A stretch of DNA of 64,000 nt from Lingula anatina (Eukaryota; Animalia; Brachiopoda), in assembly GCA_051362555.1 (NCBI GenBank), contig CM120648.1, forward strand, positions 19,154,587-19,218,586, read 5' to 3'. A program made the translations under genes and the position numbers. Below are positions 13,151 to 27,849 of the stretch, in pieces. The notes under the pieces are model-generated. The model was not told the origin of the DNA, ran no database searches, and saw only the letters and a list, made by a program, of their open reading frames with translations. Position 1 is the first letter of the stretch, and each line of letters opens with the position of its first letter.

Positions 13151-13438
13151 TAGACGACGTGCAATTCTTCCTTTATGCAAGGTTAGGGAGACAACAGGGA
13201 TTTATGGTTACAAACTGAAATAATATACCTGGAAACTTATCTGAAAACTTAGAGCAAAGATAAATTTAGCCTGCAAGTATATGATATCTTCAATATTATA
13301 AATCCATTACTCAATAAAAACGCCATTAGAATGAAAAGTATAATGGTAATAAAATTAAAACGCCACACAGGTTACACAAAGTGACAAGGAAACTTATCCG
13401 TGGCAATAACTGATATCTATGAATCAAGTCACAGAAGT

Positions 13439-13798
13439 ACAACGAGTTATTTCAATGACAGTATCCTCTTTCAGCAGTCACTGTGCTGGTAGGTACACAT
13501 GTATGCTAGTACCTGTTATACAACGAGTTATTTCAATGACAGTATCCCCTCTCAGTAGCTACTGTGCTGATAGGTACACATGTATGCTAGTACCTGTTAT
13601 ACAACGAGTTATTTCAATGACAGTATCTAGTACCTGTTATACAACGAGTTATTTCAATGACAGTATCCTCTTTCAGCAGTCACTGTGCTGGTAGGTACAC
13701 ATGTATGCTAGTACCTGTTATACAACGTGTTATTTCAATGACAGTATCCTCTCTCAGCAGCTACTGTGCTGGTAGGTACACATGTATGCTAGTACCTG
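13439..13798. repeat. 81-bp minisatellite, ~4.5 copies
   Basis: acaacgagttatttcaatgacagtatc... recurs at 13439, 13520, 13601, 13641 and 13722. Confidence 0.93.
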
Positions 13799-14626
13799 CT
13801 TTAAACACATATGACATGGTTACTTGGATATTGAAAAAGGCCGGAACACATGGGACATCAGTAGAATTGAGAAAAAAATGTGTGTAATCGTAAATCATAA
13901 TTTTCAACAACATTTTCTATTATAACATGTGCAGGTAACTTAAGTCACCTTGTTAAGATAATGGCACACAAAGAGCCGGTTGCCCGCCATTTCTTAAAAA
14001 GGGAAATCCCCGCCCTAATGTTGTAGATTGATAGTTTTCTGGCCAATAGATGTGTTTGTAACACTACATCCCAGACACATTTCCTGGCACATGTACCGTA
14101 GGTATGTGATTTTTTACTGGTCACAAATCCTCGAGCATCATCAAACCCCTTTAACCGTTTAACCCTGCAGGCAAACATGCAGCAGTTTATCAGAGGAAGG
14201 ATGCGACAGTTGCTAAGGATCATATTTACCTTATGTGGGGACGTTTGAGATAACGGACATAAATGCAGAAAGTCAAAAGTGTGAGTGTTATTTAAACTGT
14301 ATTTACTCGACCACACAGAGCACTTGTACTCGCTGATTAATTTCAGTTACAAAGCAACAACTGCGGCTATCAAAATAACAAGATGTAAGCCATATAGACA
14401 ATCTGCGGGCTGTCATTCCTCGCTGAATCAGCGGCCTACTGGTCCTACAATAAATCTAAACCAGCTACGCCAAATACTTTGATGTTGTCACTTGGATATC
14501 GGTCGTGCTTGTTTTGGCAGTTATTAGTTGCTCCCCTATGGTAAGTAAAACTCGCCTCTGATATTTTGCAGGTAGCTTTGATAGAGCTTTTTATCCAGTT
14601 TCACCTATATTATTGAGGACATTAAT

Positions 14627-14785
14627 CAGTGGCGGATTTAGGGGGTGTTAGGGGGATACTGACCCCCTTCTCTTTCGATTTCTGAAAAAAAATCACAACA
14701 ATGGTCCCCTCTTAAATTTAACCAAGGGGGGGGGGGGGAGGGGTCGCCTTTGCACCTCCTTCAAATAATCCTGGATCCATCCTTG
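14627..14785. mobile_element. Short degenerate MITE with G-tract
   Basis: cagtggcggattta ... ctggatccatccttg imperfect inverted ends; target duplication not clear. Confidence 0.5.
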
Positions 14786-16386
14786 ATTATGATGGAAATG
14801 ATTGAAAACTCATTGATAGCTTCGATGAATCGAATTATGGAACAGATTCAGGAGCACAAAGGCACTGTAACGTGGGAGTATATGAAGTGATTTGTAGTCA
14901 TATAGTAGTTGGAATTGTTTTAAAAGAGTATTAATTTCAGTCTTTTTTTCAAGGCTATGCTTCACAAGAGTGTCCTTAACAGAAGGAAAATCAGTTTTTC
15001 ACTGCTTTCTTGGACTTTACTCTGAAAAAAAGATCGCAAGATTGTCTAGATTTCCGTAGGGATAATTCTTGAAGCCGAGTCATAAAAAGAAAACATAATA
15101 TAATTTACTGCCGTATTTCAAGTTCAGTGTTATTGTTCAGTATGTCAGCTCAGCGTAGCAAGGACTGCATGTACATCGTGTGTACAAAGAAATAATTTTG
15201 GGTGACTATATTTAGAGAGAGCACATCGTAACCAACCGCTTATCGCAGGCAATACAAATAGTGATGTCGATTACCGTCATCACAACGTCAAAGCTGTTTC
15301 TGCTGGCAGAAATAGAAATTAAAACTAAGATGTATCTTTGAGAGTTCTGTTGACAACTGAGATATCTCTGTCTGATACACAGTTGTCTAACATATTCTCT
15401 TTTGTTGTTCTAAACTAAGGTTTTAACTGTAATGGTATAGGTCCTATACATACATGTATATTCTTCCATAATACACCACCGTACCATTCCACTATAGTTC
15501 TGCCTAAGTAACTATAGATGGGAGACATCTTCGGAGAATCCCATTTATGTAACCATCTATGTTACTCAGTGCTTACTGCATGGAGAAATTGTATGCAGGT
15601 ACCACACTGTCCCGAAATTGACACGGGATGGACACAAGATATATAAAAACTTTAAATAAGGTTCTGATCGTGAAAAAATCAAAGAAAAGAAAAGGCACCA
15701 CAAGCCGTTGACAAAAACATGTAATTCATTCAATGATAATTATAACATTCTGTTATGTGCATGTATAAAATACAAAATGTTAAACAATAAAAAGATAAAA
15801 AGGTAGAATTTGGTCAGATGACCGAATGTAATACAATGGAACATATTTCAAAATATGAAAGCTATGGGGAATATATATATCGCCGTTTTTACCCTCAAAA
15901 TAATAAATAAATAAAATAAATAAATAATTAAATAACCAATTACAAATACAGAAACGGCACGTTCAGCCGACGCTGATGTTTCGTGCATATTGTGCATGAT
16001 AGCAAGTTTTCGTCCAAAAACGGCTCAATTTTTTAAAGAAAAGAAACCTGCTTGTCAGTAGACCAGGTAAAGACATGATTCATGATGTTAATGTCACATC
16101 ACCATAACACGATATCAGTTGATTATATTGCCAGAAAAATCCCCTCTGTTGTGTTCGACAGATGTATACAGTATCATAGTATCATAAATTACATAAAGAA
16201 TCAATTTATAATAGAAAGATTTAATGCATTAAAAAAGCTAAATTTAACAAACTTTGAAAAAAAATGGGAAAATTGGTCAGACATGTTTGAATTTAATTAG
16301 CTTCAGCAAAATAATATATTCGCACTTTTTCTTGTTTAATAATCTATTGTAGTTTTGGTTGAATACATTGTGGTATCGATCTTTAC

Positions 16387-16435
<49 letters not shown>

Positions 16436-19400
16436 TATTTTTTTATTATTATTATTACACCTATTGTTCACGAGATTAAAATCTTATATTCGTGTGTGTG
16501 TGAGAGAGAGTGTGTGTGTAAGAGGAGAGTGAGTCTGCATTTACCATATTTGGGTATATGTACATTCTTACACTGAAAAAAAAAAAAGATGTATACAGTA
16601 TCACTTATTACACAGTCCTGCGTTCTTGGCACTGGTTACACTAGAGTGCTGATTATATTGTCGTACTGCCAGAAAAAACCTCTCTGTTGTTCTCGACGGC
16701 TGTATATACATGTAGTATCACTTATCGCACGCCCTTTACTGCCTCTTTGCCAAACATATTTGATTAATTGCATTTCTTGTGAATTAAACATGTAACATTC
16801 ACAGGGACTGATATCTATTATCCATCCCTTTTGTAAACTGTTGCATCCTGTACGCATTTTTAGCAACGAAAAAAACCCCGCTAACATTCGCCCATTATGT
16901 CGTGAAAGACATTGGAAACTTAAACAATTCTGTTCGTCAAAGTTCTCCTTTACCTGAACACCCACGAACACCGTTTTAACACCAACATACTGACACCATT
17001 TAGTACTCCAAAACCCTGTCAGCAATTTTTTCTTAAATTTTCATTTCGGATATTATTGTTGCTAAAGCAAAATAGTGCCTTTGTTTAGTTAAGATCTGTA
17101 AATAAAGGATCGTAACTCCATAACAAAAGGATTAACAAAAATATCGGCAAGCAATTGTAGCCCACTGACTCGTGGTCAACTATGCCAATTTTCGTGATAC
17201 AATCTTATTTGTGGATAAAAGTATGCCCCAAACCGATTTCTATCCCACCGCAAAAAAGAAAGAAAAGAAAGGTTAAATTATAAAACTTTGAGCTGATTGC
17301 AACGAGAACTATAACGTCGATATTTTGTATTTTCGAGGGCATTTTTTTGTTTTAAATCAGCAAAGATAGATCCATAACTGAATAATTAGATGCAGGAAAA
17401 TATCATTTTCGATATCTAGAGGATAACAAATGCTTAAAATACCCGTCAGCTTATTAATCCCTAACAATCTGCACACAGCTTATCAGACCGAGTCCTTGGG
17501 TGACGTCACCACTTATTCAGCAAGCGGGGACTCCGCCTGACGCAACACCAGCCCTATTTAAAAAATCTCTGAAAATTTTTGTTAATTAGGTATGACTTCC
17601 TTTTTTTCAGATACGTTTTAAAAATACGGTTTTGGTAATTTCCCTTCTCATAATAAACAAGGAAAGGTGCTTCAAGGGGGGGGGGGGGAGGGAGGGGGCA
17701 CAAGTTCAACGTTCACCATTTGTATGAATAGTGCTTTTGTTGGCCAGCACCGCACCGACTTTTTGGAAATTTAAAATAATGAGAGAACTCTTAACTTGCA
17801 CGCCTTTCTAAGGCGCCAATGCATTTTAAAGTCATGTGTCTGTCTACATAGGTTTATAACCCTGAGCTACGCAAACTTAGTTGAAGTTATAACAACAGTT
17901 AAATTATTTCCATCGATTGTTAACGCTGCATAGGGACTGCAGTGTTACAGAAAGGAAACTTGTACCGAAAAACGGGAAATTTGTCTTGAATAATTCCTCA
18001 TTGTGTAACTCAAGTTCAACAAGGTCGTTACAAATACAGTCTTCTCAAGACAACTTCTCTACAGAGTATATTCAATGGACACTAAATCTAATTTCATTTA
18101 ACTGACCCTGTCACCTGTATGTAAAGATATGCAAGCTATGATATCATTCTCTGTTTACCTGCAGACGCCATATCAATAAAGTTAACCTCTATAACCAAGA
18201 TAAACTGATCAGGGCATGGGAATTCATTGACATCAGAGCTGGGTGCTGAGATATTACTGTTTGAAGAGATTAAATCTGTCTACTCTTGTGGACGCAGGCT
18301 GGCACTGTGACAGTCACTGTATGTTTAAGAGGGAGATAGGACACTGTCACCCGAGCAATATATACCAGCTCACCTTGAGCATCAGAGATGTTTTGGCATT
18401 TATCTTGAGAGAGTGGCTGTCTATCATGTCACATACATACTAGACTAGTAAACTGAGCGAAAAAAATGGCCTAACCCAGGACTAATTGCAAAAAAAATAA
18501 AATTGTAATAATGTTTTTTTAGAAAGCTAAATATCCAAATTTCAACATATTAAAAAACTAGAAAAATTTTAATAGTGGAAAATGTTTTTAAGGCAGTTTT
18601 CCAAGATGGCCGCCAATATATTAAGTCTCTATAGGCAAAGGGTAGCGCGCCTCGTTTTTGCCAGGTACGATATGGCGAGATGGTGTAGCCTTGTAACACC
18701 AGAGGAAAACTCTCACCATACATGCTTGCTCCGTCAAATGTGTCCGTCCCGGTAGCCATGAAAACCTTATTTAATCCCTGGTGCCGCGTCTGATACATGT
18801 ACATGTACTTCAAAGCGCATAGTGATACACATCTTGAAAAGCGATAGCGCGATCCATTTATTTATTCTGGATCATTTGGTGCCGCGTCTGGTAGTTAGGT
18901 AGGCCTGACAAAGTAATCGGATGGCATTGTTTGTATCTGTGTTGAGAAAGTACCCGTCACTCATGTTAAAACGAGTTTTGATAGGTAACGATGCAGGATT
19001 GATTTCAATGATTTGGCACTTGTCAGGTCAACTGAATAATCCAGCGATTATTTTAGAAAACTCACCTTGCAAAATGTCATCTAAGTATATATCTGGTAGT
19101 AAGAAGGTGCTCAGCTGCACAACAAACAATGAGTCTATTGCAAAAAATGCATGTATTCATTTCTTTGTGTGTATGTAGAAGTTTCGTCAATTTTTATTAA
19201 TTTTTTTTTCATTTTATTTTATTTTCTTGTAGATTAATTTTGTCTAAAACTACATAAATCGACTTTGTTTGTGTTTCCTGCTACATATCATTGGTCCCCT
19301 AGTTTGTATCATCTGGCGTTGTCTCTGGGCAGAAATGCCGAACAAAATGGCAGAACGCTGACAATCCTATCGCGCCATCGGAAAATGTTACCAAAAAACG

Positions 19401-20765
19401 ATTTTTGACATCTCTAAGTCCTCAAAGATAGTAGACAATGAGCAAGGGTTCCATCGATCTAACTTTGCGGGAGTTCTTGCTAATATGACTTCGGTATAAT
19501 CAGCTCAATTGCCTATATAGTGGCAAGCCCCGTTATAGCAGTAACTAGCAGCTTAATTAGGCGTGTGTTCATTTAAGTCTTCGGTATAATCAGTTCTATT
19601 GTCTATATAGTGGCAAGTCCCGTTGGGTAACTAGCAGCTTAATAAGGCGTGTCAACATTTAAGTCGCTTACACTGAATACAATTTAGTGAGAATCCCTAC
19701 AGAGTTAGAACTTTATCCAGCAGTCACGGCTCCACTCCCGTGTACTTCCACCTAAAAATGAAAGCTTCACGTCTTACACAAAACAGAATCATAGAAACAC
19801 TACTATGTTCTAATATGCAGTTTGAAAAAAATAATAACTTCCCAAAATTAAACAGAGATGCGTTTTGTCCAACAGTCGACGCTGTAGCTACATTTTGGGA
19901 AAAATTCGTTTTTGGTTTTAGGATTTTTTAAATATCGGAATCAAACTTATTTCAACGGCATCATTAAGCGGGATGAAAGATTTTTTTCAAATGATACTGG
20001 GAAACTTTCTTGTTTCCATAATCCTATCGTAATAGCTGGATCCATATAATTCCTCGGGGATTCTTACTAAATTGCATTCAGTTTAACTGCCTTAAATATC
20101 TGCCCCTCCCCCCTCGTAACTTGAAGTACTTGGATAAAGTCAGTTATGGGAACGCAGTTTTAAACAACTTCCTTCTGATTTTATGGTCTTTTACGTTAAA
20201 TTTATCTTTACTTCATTGACTTCATTGGGCTTTTAACCTACAAAGACGGTAACTTTTAAATAAACAATTTCCTCCAAACTCCCTGATAACAATATGTAGG
20301 CCTAGTTCACATACTTCACAACAAGTTGCGTATTTTTGTAGGGATCAGTTCCTTATAGGGAGCTTTCCAACAGACGTTTTTCTTCTATTCTTTGAGGATT
20401 GAAAGAAGTGCAAAAGACTAGGACAAAGAGACCAAAGTCTGCCCTAGATTGATATGATCATACATGAGGCGTTTCAATATTTTAAGTCAGTTCGATAGCC
20501 GTCCTGGTATTAGAGAACATCCCAAAACCGAAAATGATATTTTTTTTTTCCCCAAAAATTAATTGGTCTTTTCGGAAGTTTGTTTATTTGTTAAAACCAA
20601 AACAGCAAATTAGAACAGGGATATTAATATTGACTCTACATCACAAAAAATAAAGCAATTATTCCCAATGCTATTGCCAAATTTATAATTTTCCGACGTC
20701 AACGATATTTTCAGATTATCCAGTTACAGCACATTTTAAAACTATTTTTTGCTGTCAGGGATCTC

Positions 20766-21490
20766 TAAGAGACCATCCCCACAGATATTTAGATCGATCT
20801 AGCCGCCTGGGGAGTCTCACTAGATTGGTGTCAGCTTAACCGGCTTAAATGTCCCGTCTACTGAAAGCTGTAAGGGGGTAAATGACTTTCGTGTGCGCTT
20901 GGCTCCTGGAACAGAAATTTAGCGAGTTATATAGCAATTTAGGGAGCAAGATCGATCCACTTGGATCGATCTAAATCTGTGGAAACCCAGTCTAAGACCC
21001 CATTCCCACAGATTTTAGATCAATCTATCCCCGTGGGGAGTCTCACTAGATTGGTGTCAGATTAGCTGGCTTCAATGTCTGATCAGCCTACTAAAAGCTG
21101 TAAGGGGGGGGGTAATTAACTATAGTGCGGCAGACAGCAATTTAGCGTGAATCCCCAGGGAGTTAGGTGGATCGATCTTAATCTGTGGGAACGCAGTCTA
21201 AGAGACCATTCCCAGAGATATCGTACTAACTTTGAATCGATCTATCTCTAAGGGGATTCTCACTAAATTGCTATCAACTTAGGCGGCTTAAATGTCTGTC
21301 ACACCTACTAAAGATGTTAGGGAATAATTAACTACCAGAGGCCGAGCGTGCACGAAAGTTAATTATTCCCTAGTTGATTCGAAAGGCATGACAGACATTT
21401 AAGCCACTTAAGTTGGTAGCAATTTAGCGTAAACCCCTTTAGAGTTAGACTGATCCTGTTGGGTCGATCTAGACATGGGAACCCAGTCTT
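20766..21490. mobile_element. Three head-to-tail copies of the palindromic MITE
   Basis: Each starts agac(c)ccattccca(c/g)agat and ends tgg(g/a)aac(c/g)cagtct, joined through TAA; Harbinger-like by the TWA flanks. Confidence 0.75.
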
Positions 21491-24141
21491 ACACAGTGTT
21501 ATAAATTAGGGAGTATTCAGATTCAAGTTAACATACATCTAGACATGGGAACCCAGTCTTACACAGTGTAATAAATTAGGGAGTATTCAGATTCAAGTTA
21601 ACATACGTCTAGACATGGGAACCCAGTCTTACACAGTGTAATAAATTAGGGAGTATTCAGATTCAAGTTAACATACATCTAGACATGGGAACCCAGTCTT
21701 ACACAGTGTAATAAATTAGGGAGTATTCAGATTCAAGTTAACATACATCTATACATGGGAACCCAGTCTTACACAGTGTAATAAATTAGGGAGTATTCAG
21801 ATTCAAGTTAACATACATCTAAGCATGGGAACCCAGTCTTACACAGTGTAATAAATTAGGGAGTATTCAGATTCAAGTTAACATACATCTAGACATGGGA
21901 ACCCAGTCTTACACAGTGTAATAAATTAGGGAGTATTCAGATTCAAGTTAACATACATCTAGACATTGGAACCCAGTCTTACACAGTGTAATAAATTAGG
22001 GAGTATTCAGATTCAAGTTAACATACATCTAGACATGGGAACCCAGTCTTACACAGTGTAATAAATTAGGGAGTATTCACATTCAAGTAAACATACATCT
22101 AGACATGGGAACCCAGTCTTACACAGTGTAATAAATTAGGGATTATTTAGATTCAAGTTAACATACATCTAGGCATGGGAACCCAGTCTTACACAGTGTA
22201 ATAAATTAGGGAGTATTCAGATTCAAGTTAACATACATCTAGACATGGGAACCCAGTCTTACACAGTGTAATAAATTAGGGAGTATTCAGATTCAAGTTA
22301 ACATACATCTATACATGGGAACCCAGTCTTACACAGTGTAATAAATTAGGGAGTATTCAGATTCAAGTTAACATACATCTAGACATGGGAACCCAGTCTT
22401 ACACAGTGTAATAAATTAGGGAGTATTCAGATTCAAGTTAACATACATCTATACATCTATACATGGGAACCCAGTCTTACACAGTGTAATAAATTAGGGA
22501 GTATTCAGATTCAAGTTAACATACATCTAGACATGGGAACCCAGTCTTACACAGTGTAATAAATTAGGGAGTATTCAGATTCAAGTTAACATACATCTAT
22601 ACATGGGAACCCAGTCTTACACAGTGTAATAAATTAGGGAGTATTCAGATTCAAGTTAACATACATCTATACATCTATACATGGGAACCCAGTCTTACAC
22701 AGTGTAATAAATTAGGGAGTATTCAGATTCAAGTTAACATACATCTAGACATGGGAACCCAGTCTTACACAGTGTAATAAATTAGGGAGTATTCAGATTC
22801 AAGTTAACATACATCTATGCATGGGAACCCAGTCTTACACAGTGTAATAAATTAGGGAGTATTCAGATTCAAGTTAACATACATCTAGACATGGGAACCC
22901 AGTCTTACACAGTGTAATAAATTAGGGAGTATTCAGATTCAAGTTAACATACATCTAGACATGGGAAACCAGTCTTACACAGTGTAATAAATTAGGGAGT
23001 ATTCAGATTCAAGTAAACATACATCTAGACATGGGAACCCGGTCTTACACAGTGTAATAAATTAGGGAGTATTCAGATTCAAGTTAACATACATCTAGAC
23101 ATGGGAACCCAGTCTTACACAGTGTAATAAATTAGGGAGTATTCACATTCAAGTTAACATACATCTAGACATGGGAACCCAGTCTTACACAGTGTAATAA
23201 ATTAGGGAGTATTCAGATTCAAGTTAACATACATCTAGACATGGGAACCCAGTCTTACACAGTGTAATAAATTAGGGAGTACTCAGACTCAAGTTAACAT
23301 ACATCTAGGCATGGGAACCCAGTCTTACACAGTGTAATAAATTAGGGAGTATTCAGATTCAAGTTAACATACATCTAGACATGGGAACCCAGTCTTACAC
23401 AGTGTAATAAATTAGGGAGTATTCAGATTCAAGTAAACATACATCTAGACATGGGAACCCGGTCTTACACAGTGTAATAAATTAGGGAGTATTCTCATTC
23501 AAGTAAACATACATCTAGACATGGGAACCCAGTCTTACACAGTGTAATAAATTAGGGAGTATTCAGATTCAAGTTAACATACATCTAGACATGGGAACCC
23601 AGTCTTACACAGTGTAATATTTTAGGGAGTATTCAGATTCAAGTTAACATACATCTAGACATGGGAACCCAGTCTTACACAGTGTAATAAATTAGGGAGT
23701 ATTCAGATTCAAGTTAACATAGATCTAGACATGTGAACCCAGTCTTACACAGTGTAATAAATTAGGGAGTATTCAGATTCAAGTTAACATACATCTAGAC
23801 ATGGGAACCCAGTCTTACACAGTGTAATAAATTAGGGAGTATTCAGATTCAAGTTAACATACATCTAGGCATGTGAACCCAGTCATACACAGTGTAATAA
23901 ATTAGGGAGTATTCAGATTCAAGTTAACATACATCTAGACATGGGAACCCAGTCTTACACAGTGTAATAAATTAGGGAGTATTCAGATTCAAGTTAACAT
24001 ACATCTAGACATGTGAACCCAGTCTTACACAGTGTAATAAATTAGGGAGTATTCAGATACAAGTTAACATACATCTAGACATGGGAACCCAGTCTTACAC
24101 AGTGTAATAAATTAGGGAGTATTCAGATTCAAGTTAACATA
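21468..24141. repeat. 60-bp satellite array, ~44 copies
   Basis: Unit tctagacatgggaacccagtcttacacagtgtaataaattagggagtattcagattcaagttaacataca-type, highly homogeneous, with two 8-bp slippage insertions (atacatct). Confidence 0.98.
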
Positions 24142-27081
24142 TAAGCAGGATACATTCATCTCTGTGGGGATTCTCGCTAAATTTCAGTCAATGTAATCAG
24201 TTAAATAGTCTTACTGTAATACACGCCACCTCGAGAAGTTAATAGGAAAAGAAAAGTGATCACGCCAGCATGATGTAATGTGTATTTGTCTTTAACGTGT
24301 GAATGCAGCTGAACAATATGAATGCAGCCGAATATCATCTACACTTTATCACCTATCTTATATGTGTGTAAATAAAGGCTTAGTGCCAGGTTGACACTTG
24401 AAGTTTGGGATTTGAACACAGCAGTCGTGTTTGTCTCTACATGTCATGGCGGAGGGTAACCTTTGTGGATGTGATTTTCTACAAGTAGGAAGGTACAGTT
24501 TTATAGTAGGGCAATTTTTTTGGTCTTCATTTCGTTAATTTAATTGATTGCATGGTCGAATCAGGGTTAATTATTGCACTTTGTCGCGGTGAATCACTAA
24601 ACGTTTTTCATTGGAGTTAGTGACCATTGTAGGTTGCTAGCGTGCCTTTTTGCATTTTAGTGACAGTCTTTAAAGAAATAGGAAAAACCCAGCAGGAAAA
24701 AACATGAAAGTAAAGCTTTCCATTCTGCTTGATGTAATCTGTTTACCAGATATCCTCTTTCGGTTTGGTAGCTTTAGTCCTTCTTGTGTTTGTCTAAAGA
24801 AGCGTGGACCAGTGTTGTAACAAATGGACAATGCTAATTAATTACAAGAAAACAATATGTGAACATTACAGGCCCAAACATAAAGAACGTACTGCAGGTT
24901 TTGTATGTTTTGGTGGTCACCATATAGAATGGGTTGATAAGTATAAATAGCTGGTGTCTTATGTAAAATATTTTTTTCAATAAACTGCAAAATTTCTATC
25001 TGAATCTGCTACTATAGCACTGGGTTTAATTACGGCAAAATGAAAAAAAAAAAACTTGATCAAATGGGATTCTACACATGCCTCAAATTGTTGAACAGCC
25101 GTGTGACTCTAAATAATTTTCGAGCATGGGTCGATATGTTTGGGTTTATTGGTAAATGAAAACCGTGGAAATGTTCTATATGACGACTCAGGTCGGATAC
25201 CATTGAAAGTTGTCAAATGGCTGAACATACTCAGATTTGGAACAGTTTGTTACTCATCCAAAATGAATTAAATGCCTGTGAAAAAAATCTTGAAGATTAT
25301 AAATTGGGGAAAATGGTGTTCCAAAGTTAGATTCTAAGATTGTGTGGTATGAAAATTCTTTTCTTTTTTTTCACAAATCAGTTGTTGATACAGAAAACAT
25401 TTAGCACTTCTTCTCTGAAATGGTGTTCCAAAGTTAGATTCTAAGATTGTGTGGTATGAAAATTCTTTTCTTTTTTTTAACAAATCAGGGGTTGATACGG
25501 AAAACATTAAGCACTTCTTCTCTGAAAAATTCCTAATTTATTTTAAAAAAAAGACATTTTGAAATTCCCTAAATCTCCGAACATATTTGACATTTAGAAA
25601 AAGAACTAAAAACTGAAAAGTGCATACATAGATTTAAACAGGAAAGAAAAACATTATATACAGACACTATAATTGTCTGTATATATTCTGATCGGTCTCT
25701 CTGTCCGTGTCGTCGCTGTTGCTTACTGCCGCCCCTCCCTGGCATTTTGCTCAGGCTACGGCCCTGTTACGGTAATTATTTTTTTCACCATTTAGGTCAC
25801 ATTTGCCTCATATTTAAGTATTTTTGTTGATGTGTATTTTGTTGATGTTTCTTCTTTTTGTTGTCTGTATATTTACTAGCTTTAATGGTCTAGTTTATAA
25901 CTTTTTGGGTTGGCACTTTACCTTTACCTAGAAACTGTACGTCACACAAACATGACCATTAATGAAATGATATCCCAACTATACAAAAAGGAATTACAAG
26001 ATGAGAATCCTCTCTTACTTCGGTGCACTGCTTATATTGAGAAAAGATATAAATTTCATGAAAAAATGGGTATCTAAACAAATGGTATGAATGAAATATT
26101 TAAGGTTTAAGTGAGTGTGTGTGTGGGGGGGGGGGGAGTCAATTAGCAACATTTTTTGTCACGATTTTTGATATAAGGCAGAAAAAATGTATACAACAGG
26201 TGTGTTACGAGCCCGAAGGACTGGGTGTTCAATGCACATTACAAGTAAATAAAATGATTATGTTGATATGATAAACGCAAGGGGTTCAGTCATAGCTAAC
26301 AATTAATAATAACACGATAACCCACAACAGCACTGCTGCATTACTTATTAACTCGAGTCTTCTTCCAGTCATGTTGTAGGCCTACTTTGGACTTATCTGC
26401 TGACAAACACGTGATGGGGCTAGAAACAGTGACAAGTAGATTTAGTACAATAATTATCCTTCACTTTGATATCATTTTTGTACCTCGTCTTACTTTATTC
26501 TATCAAGAAAAGGTGACTCCCGATTTCGCCACACAGAATAATTATTGAACACAGCTAATAAATTTTACCTACAGTTCTAACTCCCTCAATTCACAACAGA
26601 TAACTTATTAAGACAAGAGAGAGAGAGAAAGAGAAAGAGAGATGAGACGGGGGGGGGGGGGGGGGTGTCAAGAAATAGCCTACCTTACTCATGTTACTGG
26701 GTATATCTTCTCACTGCGATATATCTTCTCACTGCGATGGCTTTCTGTAATACAGCTGATAGCAATTATCCCTGGCAGAAAACGGCACAACAGGTCAGGA
26801 AACAAGCCACCTTGATATAATTGATACTATAAAAACTTTTACAAAGCTTTTCAAATTATCCTTTCCTATATTTGTATTTAATGTTCAACAGTTTTTCTTT
26901 TGTTTTGTTTATTATGTCGTTTATTGAGAAATATGTTTCAATGATTGCGTGAGTTAGAGCAGATACATTGATAAAAGAAGAGAGAGAGAGGGAGAGGGGA
27001 GGGGGAGAGAGAGAGAGAAGGGAGGAGGGTAGCTTTATATGTTGCCATGCGCACGCCTTGTCACTCTCCAGATCTTGTTTC

Positions 27082-27265
27082 CAGGGCCGTAGCCTCCGGG
27101 GTGGGGGGGGGGGGGGAGGGGGGCAAGGAGGGCAGCTGCCCCTCCCCCTGGAATTTGGAATTTTCCACACCGTGATAGGGGGACACACACCCCCCTTGGG
27201 GGTTTCGCCCCCTCATGTCCGCTTACTGCCCCCCCCCCTGGCATTTTGCTCAGGCTACGGCCCTG
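27082..27265 (+). mobile_element. MITE with 14-bp TIR CAGGGCCGTAGCCT and 5-bp TSD (GTTTC)
   Basis: gtttc|CAGGGCCGTAGCCT...AGGCTACGGCCCTG|gtttc. Confidence 0.9.
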
Positions 27266-27849
27266 GTTTCTATCAAGTTAGAGCAGGTAAATTGATGAAA
27301 GAAGATAGGAAGACAGAGAGAGAGAGAGAGAGAGAGGGAGAGGGGAGGGGAGAGAGAGCGAGAAGGGAGGAGGGAAGCCTTATATGTTGCCATTCGCGCG
27401 CGCCTTGGCACTCTCCAGATCTTGTTGCTATCACGTTTACTCAGAGCTTTCAAGCAAAACGACAAGCGACACAGAAATCGGTTACCCTATTTTTTGTATC
27501 CCTTTTTACCTTTTACAAAAAATTAGAAAAACGGAACTTTTTCATAATGATCTGCTCATACAGATAATTCCAGAAACAGGCCTACGCTTATTATAAATTC
27601 AGGGTTGGTCTTAGAAGCCATAGATTCTATTATCATTTCACCAGATTAAAAGAGAAGACTCTTTCCAGACCCCCCCATCTCCAGTCTGATACTGAAAAGC
27701 TAATCATGGTTACCTTCGCCTTCCTGTGGGTAGGGAAGATCATGATTTCTTGAAATTATTTTTCTAAAAGCGTACAGATGACATTCCCCCCTCCCCAACA
27801 TACTGTTGTACATGTACTGGTAGATTTGCAAAAATGACACCTTAAAGAC

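Noticed and set aside
21468-24141. CRISPR-like regular array
   Set aside because: Units are near-identical end to end with no unique spacers, there are no cas genes, and the context is eukaryotic.
19488-25526. Small local duplications (~75-85 bp at 19490-19660; ~105 bp at 25310-25525)
   Set aside because: Ordinary two-copy tandem duplications with no further structure.
26856-27596. 199-aa ORF and overlapping ORFs
   Set aside because: Composed of GA microsatellite, G-tract and MITE sequence.
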